From Schizochytrium sp. TIO01 (Eukaryota; Protista; Bigyra: Labyrinthulomycetes): a stretch of 64,000 bases of DNA. The stretch covers positions 4,846,845 through 4,910,844 of the forward strand of contig SMSO01000014.1 in assembly GCA_004764695.1 (NCBI GenBank), written 5' to 3'. Below the pieces are notes generated by a model that saw only the letters and a list, made by a program, of their open reading frames with translations, searched no databases and was not told the DNA's origin. Both the position numbers and the translations under genes were made by a program. Positions 32,575-44,463 of the stretch are shown here, piece after piece (position 1 is the stretch's first letter; each line of letters starts with the position of its first letter).

Positions 32575-32672
32575 CTCATATGTGGGGTACATACTGAGTA
32601 ATATCTACATACGGGAAAATACTAGAAGTAATTTTTGAATGATGGGATTCCTGTGACAAACAATGTTCTATT

Positions 32673-34115
32673 ATGATGACGGAATTGCAAACAGAAATCC
32701 TTGCAGAAACTATTCGTCGAGCGCAAGAAGCAATGGACGCGGACAAGGTTGTGGAGAACATGGCCCCTGGCGGGGCCAGCGATGCCGATGGAGGACAGCG
32801 TGGTCCTTCAGCTACTGAGACATCGATCATGAAGCAGCGCCGTCTACTGCTGTTGCTGGCCCCGATGGCGGCGGCATGGCGGGCCCTGAAGTTCTGCACG
32901 ATTGTGCCAAATCCACTGGATCCGGTGCTTCAAGCAATGCAAGGAAGAAGCAGCCCTGGGTAACCCCCAAGGGTGAGTATGAAGACGTGGACTACCTCTG
33001 TGAAGACGGCTATGCGTCTTCGGATGACAGCGGGTGCGTCATCGTTGATGACAGCGAGATGCTATTCTTCAATGAAATTTTGTTCAGGGTCGCCGAGTCT
33101 CTTGAACACGAGCATGACATCGTGAAGGACGAAGTCTACTTCAACTCTCCTCGCGAGGAGCCGAGAGAAAAGACCTGGTTGGTGCCTGCTACGACCATCA
33201 CCACCGAGACTATGCAGGCAGCCGCTGGAATGATGAACTTGCCCTCTAAATTCATCACCGGTACCGTTGGCGAGGTTTTCTGGACACTGACAGTAGTGGA
33301 CAAGGCAACGCAGCTGGTGATTAATATGGTTCTCAGCTACCATTATCTCATTAGCAAGCACCCCTTGGGGAGCCCGGGGTGTTACAAGGATATCATGGGC
33401 TACAAGCTTGCGCGTGGCGCGGTCCCGGAAGGCGACCTTGATGCCTTTTGTGTCACTTATGCCCTCCTTATTATCCAAGTCTCGGTCTGTAGAGAGATGA
33501 ATGCCAAACTTGGCCTGCCATTTCAGTTGCAGCCCCTTGACACGGGAATGATTGACTACAGTGACGTCAAGGCAATTATGTCGCCTTACAGCGAGCATTT
33601 TGACAGGAATGACGCCTGGCCTATGCTAAGGTGCCGCATTGTGGCCATCGCACAGTATGCCAAGAAGCGCATAGTTTACCGGGGGACCTTTGGTGCATGG
33701 AGCGGCCCGCAATCCAGTACGGTAGTTGGTGGCCCACCTCTGCGCCTAGGTCCGTGCTCGTACAAACGATACGTGCATATCGTGCAGCGCATTGCGAAGA
33801 AAAAGCTGGAGGCAGTCAAGCAATTGGGTGAGGATAACAGTGTCAGTGACCTTGCCATCTACATTCCACAGGTTGTCCCAGTCACCAAGAGGGACAGCAC
33901 TTCTTCTACTTCGACATTGACTCAGTCCGGTCAATTTGCGGAAACGAGCACAACCACCACGACGACAATCACCACGGTCACGACCAAGCCAATGAGCATA
34001 AAAGACATGTCTTCTGAAGCTTCACCCGCCAAGTCCACCAAGAAAGCTGCCAAGTCCACCAAGAAAGCTGGTGGGAAGAACAGGCTCAGGGGGCGGAGTT
34101 CTCATCAACTTAAGC

Positions 34116-34164
<49 letters not shown>

Positions 34165-34652
34165 TTGATGGATATGCTTTTACCTTTACCGTTGATGGTA
34201 AGCGTGTAAAGGACGATTTCTCAAGCGATGAGGATGAAGACGAGGCGCCTGTCAAGCGGAAGGCCGAGGCTCGCACCAAGCCGTTGTCCAAGGTCAAGCT
34301 TCCCTCCAAACCCAAGTCCAAGGCCAAGCTTCCCGCCAAGCCCAAGTCCAAGGCCAAGCTTCCCGCCAAGCCCAGGTCCACCAAGAAAGCTAGTCGGAAG
34401 CGCAGGGCAGACGAGGAGGTGGAGGAGGAGGACGATGACGATGTCATCAGCTACAGCAGTGTTGGTGAATCCGACGATGACTACGAGTCTATGATTCTCC
34501 CCGAGAATGACGTCGAGGACATGGCCAAGGAGCCCTCAGGCGGTAAGAATACTGGAGAAGAACAAGACCGGCCCCTTGACCGCAGAAGTCGCAGCAAGAT
34601 ATGCAGAAAGAGCCAGGAAGCTTATTTGCAAAACTACTTTAATGGTCGTTAG
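32673..34652 (+). CDS. Hypothetical protein with poly-Asp tract and histone-H1-like Lys/Pro/Ala repeats; split by two frameshifts (~32820, ~34075)
   Basis: ORFs 32673..32963, 32876..34120 and 34071..34652 join with single-base changes; (GAT)~16 at 34116-34163; 30-bp repeats encoding KAKLPAKPKS. Confidence 0.65.
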
Positions 34653-35066
34653 TTAATAATAATAAGAATAACTTGGACTTGAATGATTTGTATGTCCCAT
34701 GAGGTAAGGAATCATTTCATCGACGAGTTCCTCGGGGCGTCGATTCACAAACCACCAGTTTTCAATGTGCGTCCCGGGATTGTCTCCCTGGCGCACAATT
34801 GATACTTCACTGGGGTGTTTCCCAATTACTTTAGTAAATCCATTATCATTTCGCATAACCACTTCATGGCCCATGGAAAGATCGTTGAAGAAGCGCCTCC
34901 CATCAGGCCCAAGCGCGAGCTTTTCTGGCAAAAACGAATTGCATACAGGGTCTCCAGAAATATGCAAAAATGTCATGAGGTCGCCTTCATTTGATATGTA
35001 CGCATCAAGTACCTTCCCGACCGGTTTATTTGTATCATGTTCAATAAAAACATCCAAGTTCATCAA
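34653..35066 (-). CDS. Capsid maturation (prohead) protease, HK97/assemblin clan SH, probably N-terminally truncated
   Basis: VFIEHD..KPVGKV (catalytic His), DLSMGH (catalytic Ser), SEVSIVRQGDNPGTHI; in-frame TAA just upstream; stop abuts the convergent gene's stop. Confidence 0.75.
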   Translation of the reverse strand: MMNLDVFIEHDTNKPVGKVLDAYISNEGDLMTFLHISGDPVCNSFLPEKLALGPDGRRFFNDLSMGHEVVMRNDNGFTKVIGKHPSEVSIVRQGDNPGTHIENWWFVNRRPEELVDEMIPYLMGHTNHSSPSYSYYY

Positions 35067-36651
35067 GATTTATCGCGCCGAGGTTGTCATTGTGGCAGTG
35101 AGGGAATGGTGCTTCATTCTGGAGGCATTGACGAACTGCACGCCACGCAGTCATTCCAATTCACCCTCGCTCGCAAGATGATCGCCGGGGCTAGCCTGAA
35201 ATGGGAATGGGATGCTGGCTTCATGCGCGTGCTGCGCGTGGCGTGAGAAAGCAAGGCCTCCTCGCCAGAGATTGATTCCTTGATTCCCTGATCCGTTGAT
35301 CCTCTCACATCGATTGATTTAGTAAAATAATTGACTTTACCGAATGAGTGCCGAATTGAGTGAGGGACCGACTGGCCAGCTAAAGACCACTTTGGCTGGC
35401 TCACACCACTGATCAGCGCGAACGACCTTCCAAGCTCCCCGCTGCTCACAAAATTAGCATCGAATACAGCCTTTTGGTTACGAAAAGACAAAGCGCCAAG
35501 ATAGACCAAGTCTGAGAATGTGGAATCGCGATTTGAGATCTCCAAGCAACCACTCGAAGGTTGCTTCTATCAAAATTTCACCTGATCAAATCAGGTTGAA
35601 ATAAGTTAGTCGCTCCAAGCTCAGAGCTGGAACTTTCAAGTTGTGTCTTAGAATAAGAATCCGCAAATGGACCACGGTGATGGAGATCTTAGCATAACTG
35701 GTTTTGAACGACGGTGATGAGGAACACAGTTACATAGTGAGCACACTTACAGATAGTATCTAGCTAGGTAGTATGGAGATTCGCAAGCTCAGCTTCATCC
35801 TCGAATATCGAAGGGGGGAGGAGTCTGATTCCTGAGGCAGTAGTAAAGGATGGCCAACTTGGAAAAAGGTCTGTCGAGAAATTGCTGAAGCAAACCGGAA
35901 TTTGAAGAGATGATAAAAATACGAAGTGCCTTCTCCCTCCGGCCCAGAGAATCAAGAAGCAGTCCGTGGCTTATGAATCCTCTTACCTCGGCCGCCTTAT
36001 GAAATTGTCATGGTCTTCCATGGGACATGGTAGGTAGGAAAGATCCTTACAGCCAATGTTCCCATGATAATGAAAGCAAGATAAATAATAAGGATGATGA
36101 TGATTATTGTTATTTTTTGATGTATTTTATGAAATACCTACCCTGGTACCAGGGTTTATATAATGGACAAAGGCAAGCGTGTTGAGTGAATCTTTTGACT
36201 TGAAACTTTACCCAAGTTTAAAAATCTTAATTCAGTACCTCTGACTGGTGAGAGTGAAAGGCAAGCACTTGCTTGATTCCAGGAGAAGACTTATTGCTAG
36301 TACTTTAAACTAAGTCATTTGCAACTCCAGTCAAAAGAAAATGAGGCAACTTTCATGTAACAAGTTTTCCTTCAATCAGATAAAAGAAAGCATATTTGTT
36401 TTTCAAAATGTTGACAATTAATGATCACATAGATTTATTTTACGTAGCAATAGTTCATTGAAGTCATTCTTTTTGTCCAAGCATATAAGTAGTATTTCAA
36501 CCCTTTTTAAGACGAAGGCGAACAAGGAAACTATATCCAAACTTTGACATGAACATATTTTTAGCGACGCGCGTCTCAGTTATTTATAGGTATAAATTGT
36601 GCATCATAATACATTAGGTATCAGGTGTTCGCTTGTCTAGAGTGCTCTAAA

Positions 36652-37515
36652 TTAATTGTTTGCATCAGTCTCGGAAGGCGGGATGGACCATGCGATACGC
36701 TTTTCGCTTAGTTGGAGAGTGCGCCACGAGGCTTTGAGCTCGCTCGGACCAAACACACGAATAGAGCGTTCTTCTACATTCGAGGGATCAGTTGCACACC
36801 TACCGACCAGTCGCGTCATGTAAACCGTCGGCACGCAAGCAACAACGTCTGTGGCATCTCCCCGAGCCTCAATGCGCAGAGTTAGCTCTGTAGAAAGCGA
36901 TACATTTATCGAGTTTACATTCTCTGCTGAAATTTCAGCTTCAGGATCCACAAAAGTTACTTCAACATCTTGTCCGTCTGCATCGCCAAGGCGTTTTGCT
37001 TCAAGCTTGAGCTTTCGTGGTCCCATCACAATCTCAATTCCAAATGGCGTTGCAGGTCCCCACAACGTTGCTTCCGTCTGCACGACAAGCTCGAAGCAAT
37101 TGCCTTCCAACGGCCAGGCGAACTCACTTGGCATTTCAAGGGTATCTTTCGAGCTCAGAGGTCGTTCACCATATGCATCGAATTCATTATCCTCCTCATC
37201 ACCAGCACTTTTGGCAGAGTGAAGCTGCATGAAATCTCCTCCACCACTGGTAAAATCTCCACCCAAAACTCCAGCAGCCAAGAGAGCTTGGTGTTCTCCA
37301 ACCCAGCCGTTCATGTTGGCCTCTCCGAACTCCTCGTACAGTGCCTGTCGCTTTTCCTCGCTACGTAGTCGTGCTTCACGGGATGCGTTGATGGACTCAG
37401 CAGCTCGTGCAACAAAGCTAGTGGCCCGTTCAGACGCGCTGTCTACAACTGTGTCAGCAGCATCCACCTCTATGCGCTCATCGCGCGTGTCCTTTTCTTC
37501 GTGTGAAGACGACAT
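36652..37515 (-). CDS. Hypothetical protein (acidic, C-terminal beta-rich domain)
   Basis: 287-aa ATG ORF with coding-like composition. Confidence 0.7.
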   Translation of the reverse strand: MSSSHEEKDTRDERIEVDAADTVVDSASERATSFVARAAESINASREARLRSEEKRQALYEEFGEANMNGWVGEHQALLAAGVLGGDFTSGGGDFMQLHSAKSAGDEEDNEFDAYGERPLSSKDTLEMPSEFAWPLEGNCFELVVQTEATLWGPATPFGIEIVMGPRKLKLEAKRLGDADGQDVEVTFVDPEAEISAENVNSINVSLSTELTLRIEARGDATDVVACVPTVYMTRLVGRCATDPSNVEERSIRVFGPSELKASWRTLQLSEKRIAWSIPPSETDANN

Positions 37516-38095
37516 CCTCTCTTATCAGTTTGTGCAGTCAATGTTTAGAGCAGCTTCTTGTTGTCTTGTTCTCTGTCTTCGTCACCAAAGGTTTCGTCAC
37601 TGGAGTTCGATCCTTGTGTTTCATTTCGTCAATACTCATCAATTAATTCTTTGCATATTAGTACATTGTCATTGTCCTTGTCAGGAGAATAATTGAAACC
37701 AGATTCACACAATTTGAGTGCGGTTTTCGATTTTTGTCAATAGAGACTTCATTGCTGTCTGGTCTCTACGCCCAAGCCAGATATCGTACCCCATCAAGAA
37801 TTCCGTCATACGCCCTCTCCGTCACTGCCTCATCCTTGGCCCCACCTGACGCATATTGTTAACACATATATTAATTATTCGTTGCATCTACTTCTTGTAT
37901 GAAGAACCCTTTTTCCTCATATCATAACCGCCCCAATAAAAAGGCCCCTCGAAAAATCGAAGAGCCTGTTAATAATACAACAAAATCAAAATCAAAATCA
38001 AAACCAACATCGCTGCCCGCCCTTGGGGGTTTGAAGCGAGCAGATATTAACAAGCGGTGACAGGAGCGAGGCTTCGGGAGCCGTGGAGATCCTCA

Positions 38096-41022
38096 ATGAG
38101 CGTCTCGGGCGCCGCGCAGCCCCGCGAGCCGGCAGCGGGCCCGAACCATGGGCACAGCGCGGGCTGGTCAGAGCGCGCGACACCGCACAAGCTGGCGCTG
38201 TGCGTGCTTGCAAGACTATATGTACTGCCGCCGGACCAAAAATGTGATCTTCGGTGCGAGTTAACACCTGTGCAGGTGCGACATGTGCAGATGTTTTTAG
38301 TACGAGCTGTGCAGAGGGTGGATAAGATTGTGGAGCCCGTGCTGCAGGAGACGTGCAAGGAGCTGGAAAAGAGCGTAGAAGATGGCTACGTTGTGGGAGA
38401 CTATTTGAGGCAAGTCATGGAGAAAATTGACTCACCTGATGCACTCTTTGACCTCCTAGAATCTCTTAGGGATATCCTGCTGCCGCCGCCGTCTGTGTCA
38501 ACCACATCAGATGTGAATTTGTCAGGGAGACCGTCGCACATCGAGGCTGGCGGAGTCTTTGGCATTTTCATCAGGCGTGTGTTGCTCGCGTGCAATAGGT
38601 CGTTTGAGGCGCTTTCAAGACTCTTTCATGAGATTGGGCTTTATCTGAAAGCGAGCTCGAGCGGCAAGGATATCCTAGGACTGACACCAAGGGCGAAGCC
38701 GTACAGTCTTAAGAGGAAGCAAATGTTCGATGAAGCGGAGGAAGAGATTATCGATGACCCTAACCAGGAAACAAAAAGCACTGTGAGACAATTAGGGCAA
38801 GCAGGGTCTAGCGCAGCACAACGCAAGGAGCCTTCAGTCTTCAGGAGCTTTGTGTCGCGGCGCCAGCTTCAGTACCATTTGCACATGATGGCTGAGGAAA
38901 TTGAAAGCCGGGTCGGGATTGTCCCACCGCAGCAGGTCGAGAGCGAGGTCTCGGAAATGTTGCGTGTCACTCCTGATCTCCCACGAGCCCACTTTGTGCG
39001 GTACTTAAACTGTCTCCTGCACCGAGAGTATCAGGGGGCCGTTGACAGTCTACATACTTACTTTGATTACTGTATGAGATCGGGTGGCCCAACCTCATCA
39101 GCTGCCATTGCTACTGCATCCGCAGCTGCTGTAGCTGCATCAGGGGGCCGAGGCAACCAAAGCTCGGCGGCTGTTCACGCCTCTGCCGCTCTAGGTAGAC
39201 GAAGGCCCATGATGCAATATGCTGTACTCAACTTAGCTGCGCTGCATTATCAATTTGGTCACCGCCATGAAGCCATGCTCGCAATTCAGGAAACTGTTCG
39301 AGTTGCACAACAGAATGGAGACCACGTTTGCGTCGTTTTTGCACTAACCTGGCTTTTCCGTCTTGCTTCAGGTGCAGGCGGTCAGGAAACTGCACAGCTT
39401 CTGCGGCGTTGTCTTGCCCGTGCTAGGGAGCTCGGTCTTGACCACGTCCAAGGGCTTTCTCATCTTGTCACCGCTCAATATCGCCTGCAAGCACCAACAT
39501 CTATACCTACAGCAATGCCGGCTCCTATACAAGGATTTAGTGCAATTCGCGGACTCGATCAGGTTGCTGCCCGGCCTGTATGGCACGCTCTTCAGCGTGG
39601 TGAAGACGCTTCAGCTAGCAGCATTGGAACTTACCTCGAAGCGACTACAACTGCTATGCGCGGCGGCGCTGGACCAGGTGGACCGCGCGGAATGCATATG
39701 CACATGCAAATGCAAAACTCAGCAAATAATCAAAATGGTGCCTCGGACCTTGTACCAGATCAGGCATCACGTGTTGCCATGTCCCAGGCGATTAAAGCGG
39801 TAAATGCAAGCCTTGCCACGCCTAGTGTGCACTTCTCCAATGCAATGACAATTGCAGGACGTGCGCAGCTCGTCAAGTCTGCAGCGTGGGAGTCGTATGG
39901 TCATTTCAGTCTTGCCTGGCTTGCTTCTCTCACACATCTGAACTATTATGCAGGTAGGCACGGAACAGATTCCAGCGACACTTGCCTCGCACTTTGTCGG
40001 CTTGCAATTTTGCAAGCCGAATATGGCGGCCTTGACCAGCTTTGCCCAGAACCTCCTGTTCAGATCAAGGTTGGTCCTGACGCTTATGTAAAGGCATTGC
40101 TGCATCTTATGCAAGCTCGGCAAACCTTCAAGTATGCACCCAACAACTTCATTGTCCTGACCATGATTTATTTGCTTCTCAAGCGTGCGACAGCTCGCGG
40201 CGACGCTGTGGATGCGCGAATGTATGCTGCAACTTTGTTTTCACTAACACCCTCCCGTCAATCTGTGTCTGGAATTGGTGGAAATTATTTTGGAGAGGAT
40301 ATGCCAGTCCGCGCACAAATGCTATGGATTAATACACTTCGTTCACAAGGTCGCCTTGCAGAGGCTCACCGCCTAATTCATTTGCTCGTCAGTCAAGGTT
40401 CGACCATGAGTTTGCATGCACTCCGGGAGGCCACCGATCTTGACCTCGCTCAGATCTTTCTCGATAGTGGATCATCTGCTGTCACTGCTTTACCATACAC
40501 CCTTCGTTGTCTTGCACGAACGGAGAAAAACGGACAAACCTCACTATTTCACTCTGCTGCAATTAAACTTGCTGCGACGCAGCTACGCATAGGGCATGTA
40601 AAGCGAGCTTTGCAGCTGTTGCACCGCGCACTACCTCACGTGACTGTGCATGGTAAATTTGACATGGTCGGTGAACTACATCTACTCCTAGCCAAATGTC
40701 ATCTTGCAGAGGCTCGAAGTTGCCTGCTAAGTCTAGAAAGACACCATTCTACCAAGCGTTGCGTGCTCTGCACGAAGCAACCAAAGCCCATGAGCGTGCT
40801 TGCTGCACGAGTGAGCTGCAAGAGGACTACTATCTTCTCTCCCGTGTGCATGATGCAATGGGTGCACTTTCTCCAAAGGACGCCGATAAGCATTATGCAC
40901 AACGCGATCTTATTGCTGCACGTTTTCTCGAATTGCGTCATCAGCAGCTCCAGCCACGCGTTCGAGTGGTAGGCTTTATGCAGAGCGAGAAAATTGTCCA
41001 GCAAGTCATTTGTGCCAATTAA
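38096..41022 (+). CDS. APC5: Anaphase-promoting complex subunit 5 (apparent single-base frameshift ~40714)
   Basis: TPHKLALCVL N-terminal motif; YLNCLLHREYQGAVDSLHTYFDY and YAVLNLAALHYQFGH...QETVRVAQQNGD APC5 motifs; APC5-like C-terminus lies in ORF 40696..41022. Confidence 0.88.
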
Positions 41023-41531
41023 AGCGTTAGTTTGTGGACTTTTTAGGAAAAATATGTTGGACGCCCTTGCTTTTAAAAAGAAAGAGAAAGAGGGAGAGTG
41101 TAGAGAGCCACAATAGTTAGTTTATGTTGCCTATCTCTCGAAAATTAAGGGTTACACAACTTCAATAAGTAAAATAATTCATACTTTTTTCCTTTTCTGT
41201 TCTCCCTTCCCCCCTTTCTTTAGTCTTTGTGCTCAAGGCAGCACCAGACCATTAAGCTTCCAAGCACAGAACAATTGCTGAAATGTCAAACTTTTTTTAC
41301 ATGGTTTGATGGGGTATGCAAATTAGATCTTCAGAAACTATTAGCATTAACTTTTCTTGCAAAGAACACACAGAAAAATCTAATTTGGTGCGTGCTTTGA
41401 GACGACATCGTTAAAATGATAAAGTGCTAATTTATCGAAGCATCAAATACAAGTTCTTCTGGAGAGCTCCGACAATAGCCAAGCCTTGTTTGAATTTAAG
41501 AATTAAAAGGTTTGAATTGGCGAAAGAAAGT

Positions 41532-42377
41532 TTAAGCACCTGTAATGAGGCCAAGACCTTGCAAATTTGCATGGCCAGACGTAGTTTCGGGGCCGCTAAG
41601 CATAGGTCCACGCTGATTCTTCGGGGACTTGGGCTCATGTCCAGAATAGTTCGGCATGTTAATGTGAGAAATCATAGATTCAACGCGTGGTTCCTTTTTT
41701 ATTGCGGCGAGCCGCTGCTTCTCTTGTCGAAGCAGGTCTCGCGGGACTAACTCGGCAAGCTCATTTGTTCGCTTAGACTGCTGATATTGAGATCCATTGC
41801 GCATCGCAATTACACTTGGGGCCTCTCTCAAGGGCCTAGTGTAGATTTGAGCAGTGTGCTCATTTGTGACGGTCATTGAGTCATTGTATGTAGTCATGGT
41901 GAGTAGTTGCTTCGGCTGCTTGCTGTTCTGCTCTGCCATACGGTCGGCCATGACACCCCACTTTGACGGGGTCTTATAGTCATGAACAGCGGTATTTGCA
42001 AAGTCGCATTTACTGACGCTTGACCATAAATTAGCTCTGCTGTTGATCCTCGCCCCCCCGCTACGATACTTATAGTTAAGTGTCTCATGCGTTTCCCCAG
42101 GTTTGCGCGTAATCGTCACGCGTTCCTCGGGTTTCTTGTACATTGTCATTTCAATCTCTGGTTGCACTTCACCCCGAGAAAACAATGCTCTGGCTTCCAC
42201 GCGCACGGAGTGTCTTCTCCACGCACCAATCTTTCTGTATTGACTCCAGTTGTTCACTGCCGCCCGTCGTAGATCGCTCAGCCTTTCTGAATGGTCTCTC
42301 TTGGCTAGCTGTACGCCAGTTCTGCGTTTTGATCGACAAGTTGAAGGTGCAGAGATTCCGCTTGATTTACCTTCCAC
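41532..42377 (-). CDS. Hypothetical basic protein
   Basis: 281-aa ATG ORF; weak PNYSGHEP motif reminiscent of ciliary PYG-type repeats. Confidence 0.6.
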   Translation of the reverse strand: MEGKSSGISAPSTCRSKRRTGVQLAKRDHSERLSDLRRAAVNNWSQYRKIGAWRRHSVRVEARALFSRGEVQPEIEMTMYKKPEERVTITRKPGETHETLNYKYRSGGARINSRANLWSSVSKCDFANTAVHDYKTPSKWGVMADRMAEQNSKQPKQLLTMTTYNDSMTVTNEHTAQIYTRPLREAPSVIAMRNGSQYQQSKRTNELAELVPRDLLRQEKQRLAAIKKEPRVESMISHINMPNYSGHEPKSPKNQRGPMLSGPETTSGHANLQGLGLITGA

Positions 42378-43080
42378 ATTCCAAAATTATGATATGTTGC
42401 TAGAAAGAACATTGTGCGCCGCCGCGGACTGGGCAGGTGAACGGATCATATCCGTCGTATACTTCCAAACTACCCCCCTAGGAAAATTTTGCTAAACAAG
42501 TGTGTTCATGTTAGCAGGGGGTGGGGGTTACGAAAGCACGAAGTTAGGACGCTGCAGTGTTCGCTGTTCACGTTGGTGCACTCCTGCTGTTGTAAAGTAT
42601 GCTGCTTAGTAGATTTTCCGTATCTTCAATTGATACTTAACTACCCATATGTATGTATGGTTAAATTTTACAGATTTTAAATCTAATGAAGATATCTTTT
42701 GCTAATTCGCTAGGGTAGTTTCCCTCTATGTAAGAGGGTGAAAGGCTTCATCATTGATGATTCATTCCTTTATTGATTTATTTATAATTATAAAAACAAA
42801 ACACATTTCAGAAGAAATCCTAATTTTAAGAACTATAGCAAATGAAATAAAAACATCCTGCCACTACCTTGAGCTCAGGATTGACTTCTCTCACGACTCT
42901 TAAGTCAACACTTGGATGCGAACTCGCGTTAGTATTGTTTATCTTCTTACCGACCCTGACCATTGTTAGTAACATTATATTAAAAAAACATGACAAGGGA
43001 TGAGTGGTGCTATGGGTAGTTTGTACTGAGTTCAAGCCCTCAAATCAAAACTTTGCGTGGCTTGACTCTTGTTTCCAAAG

Positions 43081-44463
43081 ATGTCTGCTTTCGCACACTC
43101 AAGCGGCGTCAATACTCCATCATTGCCTACAAATAATAATTCTGGTGAGCCCATTCAACTGCTTGGCGCAAGTCGTGGCGGAGGTCATGAGGCGGAAGTG
43201 CAATGCGTGGCGCTTGGGAGCACGTCAGAGCGCCTCGTAGTTTCTGGTGGCGCTGAGGGGAGTTGTCGTGTGTGGGATCTTCGAGGTCCAGGAATTCGTG
43301 CTGTCAGAAGGCTTGGCGATTTGCGAGCGAGAGAAAAGTACGCAGCATCCGGAGCCATCGGCTATCAAGCCGTGACCTGGGATAGGCACGAGAATTTTGT
43401 ATTCGCAGCACGAGGTCCGCATGTGGAAATGTACGACCTCCGTAAATCCAATGCAATCCTTTTATCAACAGCAGATTCTATTTGCCTCGACGTTTGTCCA
43501 CAGAGACCTCGCGAGGTTGGCGAAGAAGAAGAAGAAGAAGAAGAAGAAGAAGAAGGCCCGGATGAGGTTAACAGCTTATCCGTGAATGCAATGACTGGCG
43601 ACGTCGTGGCAAGTCGTGATGATGGTCGCATTAGTGTCCTTTCATTTGACAACGCTGTCGTGGAAACATTATGGGAAAGTCCCGCATCTCAAAGTCATGA
43701 AAACATCTGTGCAGCTGCATCTTGGACAGAAAGTCAGGAAATCATTTCTGGGTAAGTTGAGGTTGAGACTGCGACTAAGTATTCTTACAGATTTGGTGTT
43801 GGGAATGTATATACTGACATATTTTCTTTTGTGCTGAAAAACATTCGGGTTGGCAAACTATTGCTTACTTTTGCGGTGTTTGTTCACTTCTATTTCCCGT
43901 GTTCTCGCACTCGCAGGGGTTTGGATTCTAACTTGAAGTGCTGGAGTTTATTTGGTGCCGAGGGTGAATCAGATGATGAGAGCGACGCAATTATCTGGGA
44001 AACAGCTGCGGAGGTTTATCAACCATCTGCGCGAGATTCTGCCTCTGATTCAGCCTGTGTAAGTGGTGCATGGGCATTCAACCCCCCCTTTGTATACACA
44101 CTTGCTGTGGCTGCTCAGCGTATGGCGGTTGGCATGGGCGATGGAACAGTTGGGTACTGGGATCTTGGTGATGATGTAGAGGACGAGGATGGCGGTGTCA
44201 CGGAGTGGTGCCGCTTTCCAGCCCACCGTGCTGGTCTTGTCAAGGTTGTTCTGTGCGATCAGGGCCACAAGTTTTTCTCCGTAGGTAACGATCGTGAAAT
44301 TTCATTATGGAGAAGCCCCGAATTTGCCGGTGAAAGGCCCGTGCGAATGGCATGGCGCCAGCATACTCATAAACCGAATGACTGCTGTGCTCCTCAAGAT
44401 GGTTCTTTCCTCATTCTTGCGACAACTCAGGGCTTTTTGACGAAGTTCAATGGTCTTATTTGA
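43081..44463 (+). CDS. WD40-repeat protein, WDR53-like; one intron 43752..43916
   Basis: GH...WD repeats; GT-AG splice restores ISG|GLDS; FNPPFV motif; poly-Glu from a (GAA)n tract. Confidence 0.8.

Larger units (their letters stand above)
18495..35070. mobile_element. Endogenous large-DNA-virus fragment, mirusvirus-like (Duplodnaviria); boundaries approximate
   Basis: Abrupt switch to densely packed intronless ORFs with short AT-rich spacers; capsid maturation protease, DNA MTase, DEDDh exonuclease, orphans; eukaryotic TATA/AATAAA signals. Confidence 0.7.

Noticed and set aside
18495-35070. Bacteriophage/bacterial contamination
   Set aside because: TATA/AATAAA signals, NLS-like tails, glycoprotein-like ORFs and frequent strand switching favour a eukaryotic virus; not fully excluded without reads
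18200-35200. Terminal inverted repeats or target-site duplication for island 1; Polinton/transposon identity
   Set aside because: No matching end sequences seen by eye; no integrase, transposase, pPolB or jelly-roll capsid recognised
35114-35545. 143-aa ORF as the missing N-terminus of the protease
   Set aside because: Different frame, non-ATG start and no protease-like motifs
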